From positions 98,396,001-98,460,000 of the forward strand of contig CM052816.1 of assembly GCA_028534125.1 (NCBI GenBank): 64,000 nt of DNA, in the 5' to 3' direction. Below are positions 61,738 to 64,000 of the stretch, piece by piece. A model generated the notes under the pieces. That model did not search any database. It was not told the origin of the DNA and saw only the letters and a list, made by a program, of their open reading frames with translations. Both the position numbers and the translations under genes were made by a program. The first letter of the stretch is position 1. Each line of letters begins with the position of its first letter. The stretch is from Lama glama (lineage: Eukaryota).

Positions 61738-62040
61738 GAAAAGGATATTGAAGTTTTAACCCCCTGTACCTGTGCGTACGAGCTTATTTGGAAACAGTCT
61801 TTGCAGCTGACCAAGTTGGGGTCGTTAGGGTGACCCCAGTCCAGTACGGCTGATGTCCACATGAAAAGAGGAAACTTGGATGTGGAGACAGGCAGGTACA
61901 CAAAGAGAACACTGGGTGAAGCTGGAGATCTGTGGCCACAAGCCCAGGGGCACCAGAGGTGGCCAGCAAGTCCCCGGAAGCCAGGAGGGAGGCGTGGATC
62001 AGATCCCCTCCGCCGCCTCAGAAGAAAATGACTCTGGCTC
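61738..62040 (+). mobile_element. MaLR LTR, partial (MLT1B/C-like)
   Basis: 'ttgaagttttaacccc...cttatttggaaacagtctttgcag...gccacaagcccagggg...gaagccaggagggaggcgtgga'. Confidence 0.85.
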
Positions 62041-62599
62041 TCCTTCAGCCGGTCTCACTCACCCCCTCACCTGCCTACTCTTGTCCACTCTCACCTTCCA
62101 CCAAACAGGACCAGGAACCAAGTCCTCTATCTTGCCCCTTTCATCACCAGGTCCTACTCAAGCAACTTTCTTTATTCATTAAGAAATCTTCATTTCAGTA
62201 TTGCCTTGTGTATAAAGTTGACTTTGCAAACTCTTTTTGCATTATTTATGTATGTTTAACATATTACTTCATTATTACACTCCTTTCAGTGTAAAAAAAA
62301 TAAAATTTGCATCTGTCTGTACGATATTGCATACTGCAAGCAAATACACAGTCTAATGAGTTCATTATGTGCTAAATAACTAAGTAATTGATACTTTCAG
62401 TTATTTATATTGTGGACAAGTCCGTGCAGGGTTGTTAAAAACGTTTTAATCCTGTTGGGGGGAAAAGGTGGTAGTTTTGGTTACTCTGCGACATTCTTGT
62501 TGTCCGTCTGTGGCTAACCTGCTCTCCCACACGGGTCTTCGGAGCCAGGAGCTCCGATGGCACACTCAAAGCACCTGCAGCAAGAAGGGAAGCGGATGC

Positions 62600-64000
62600 A
62601 GCCATGACGTACCCCCAGCAAATGGATCGCAGCACAGAACCTGAGGTTTGTGGAGCAAAGCCTCAGACAACCATTCTGCTTTGAAGACGTATTTTCCAGC
62701 TTGCTGTTGAGCCCTTGTGGTTGACAAGCCACAGGACTGATGTGAGCAACAGCAAATCCATCATCAAATGGCAAAGGCATGAAAGATACAGGGTTTGATC
62801 AAATCCTGGAAGCACAGCAAACCGCATGACCATTTGCCTCCGAGTCTCATGGATCTTATTTCTTCTATTGCCTCCTGTCCCGAGACCTCACACAGAGCTG
62901 CCTATGACTGGCTGAGTTGGAACAAAACGACTAATCAGCCCTGATACAGAGATAGTTTTTGTAATTAGTGGCCCTGATCAGTGGTTGGTGGCTGGAACAT
63001 TACAGCGTCATAGAGAGATGTTCACAAATGACCAGGGTTGAAGATAAAATCTTGCCATATAGGATAGTAGATGGTCCACTTTTTCTTGACTAAAGCACAG
63101 CAGAGAAAGGGCTCCACCTGGTTTACAAGCTGCAGCCAGCGGTTGGCTAGATGGTCAGGGATCTGGAATGAACTGGCCGGAAGCCTGGGGAGTAGGTACA
63201 TGGAGGGGTCTCGCAGGCTGGGCATGATCTGTGAAGACATTTGAGACCTGAGTGAATACCTACCAGCAGGCATCTCTGCAGAAGAGGCTATGAAAACCAG
63301 GTAGATAAGACGGCCTGTTCGCCCAGGTGTCCTTTCCTCAGCCACACCAGCACCAAACAAAATGGCATGACATTTGCTACGAGGCAACGCGCGGCTCAAC
63401 AACTTGGAATTCCTATCAGTGATGCCACTCTGTCTCCTGTCACTGATGAGTTTCTGCCTGATGACAGCACTGTGCCCTGACATGGCCACCATTCCTTGAG
63501 GGGACCATTCAAGTACTACTGCCAAGTAAATTATATGAAATGCCTTCCACGGTGGAAGGGAAAGGGATGTGTCTGTCCCAAAATAGACATGTATTCTGGG
63601 TGTGGATTTGACTTCCTGATTAACGCTTCTGCCAGCACCGACATCTGTGGATGCATGAAATGCCTGATTCACCATTATGGTACCTCACTCCATGGCTCTT
63701 AATTGAGCAACAAATGTCACAGCAAAAGATGTACAGACACATGCTCATGTCCACGGAGTCCTCTGGCTTTCATCAACAGCCTGCCATTGAGAGACAGATG
63801 GTCAGATGAAATAGTGAACCGATCTACTAGATTTTTAATTATGATTCCAGTTAAGAAACAATAACCTAAAAATCTGAAGGACTGTCTTACAGGAAGCAAT
63901 GTTTATTAAAATCCAGTGAACAGGTTGTACAGTACTATTTCCCCCAGAGGCGATGTGGACACATCTGGAAATTTAAGGGGAAAAACTGGGGATGTGTCTG
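62600..64000 (+). mobile_element. Decayed ERVL pol remnant (RT connection-RNase H-integrase), continues past the window
   Basis: Broken frames collinear with ERVL Pol as recalled: SIIKW (~62757), LARWSGIW (~63144), and ORF 63496..63702 CQVNYMKCLPRWKG...IDMYSGCGFDF...NASA...KCLIHHYG vs integrase WQVDYIGPLPxWKG...IDTYSGYGFAF...NASA...ECLIHxHG. Confidence 0.85.

Noticed and set aside
1..64000. A novel multi-gene system, CRISPR array or operon
   Set aside because: The sequence is mammalian repeat-rich non-coding DNA. There is no regularly spaced repeat-spacer array and no cluster of credible ORFs.

Overview
Mammalian, largely non-coding genomic DNA from a draft assembly with three N gaps (2494-2993, 43522-43621, 52270-52769). 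It is probably camelid (alpaca or camel). The basis is the short lineage-type L1 3' ends ('...gctgtacaccagaaattgacacaacattgtaaactgactatacttcaataaa') and no recognisable Alu, Bov-A/BovB, PRE-1 or SINEC elements; this assignment is from memory, not a search. I recognise no host protein-coding gene, RNA gene or CRISPR array. The window is a mosaic of LINE-1 fragments, MaLR/ERVL/ERV1 LTRs, an ERVL pol remnant, MIR/L2/hAT relics, microsatellites and unique segments with enhancer-like motif clusters. I found no new biological system. The best-supported observations are: (i) two 5'-inverted (twin-primed) L1 insertions with target-site duplications (TSDs), one allowing a prediction of gap content; (ii) local AT->GC substitution tracts in old repeats, consistent with GC-biased gene conversion; (iii) a 9-bp G-quadruplex-type minisatellite grown inside L1 ORF2; (iv) a palindromic templated-insertion scar; (v) nested LTRs; (vi) a switch in retroelement orientation near 54 kb; (vii) a few candidate exons and enhancers. 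Repeat subfamily names are recalled and need Dfam/RepeatMasker confirmation. Most repeat boundaries are approximate.
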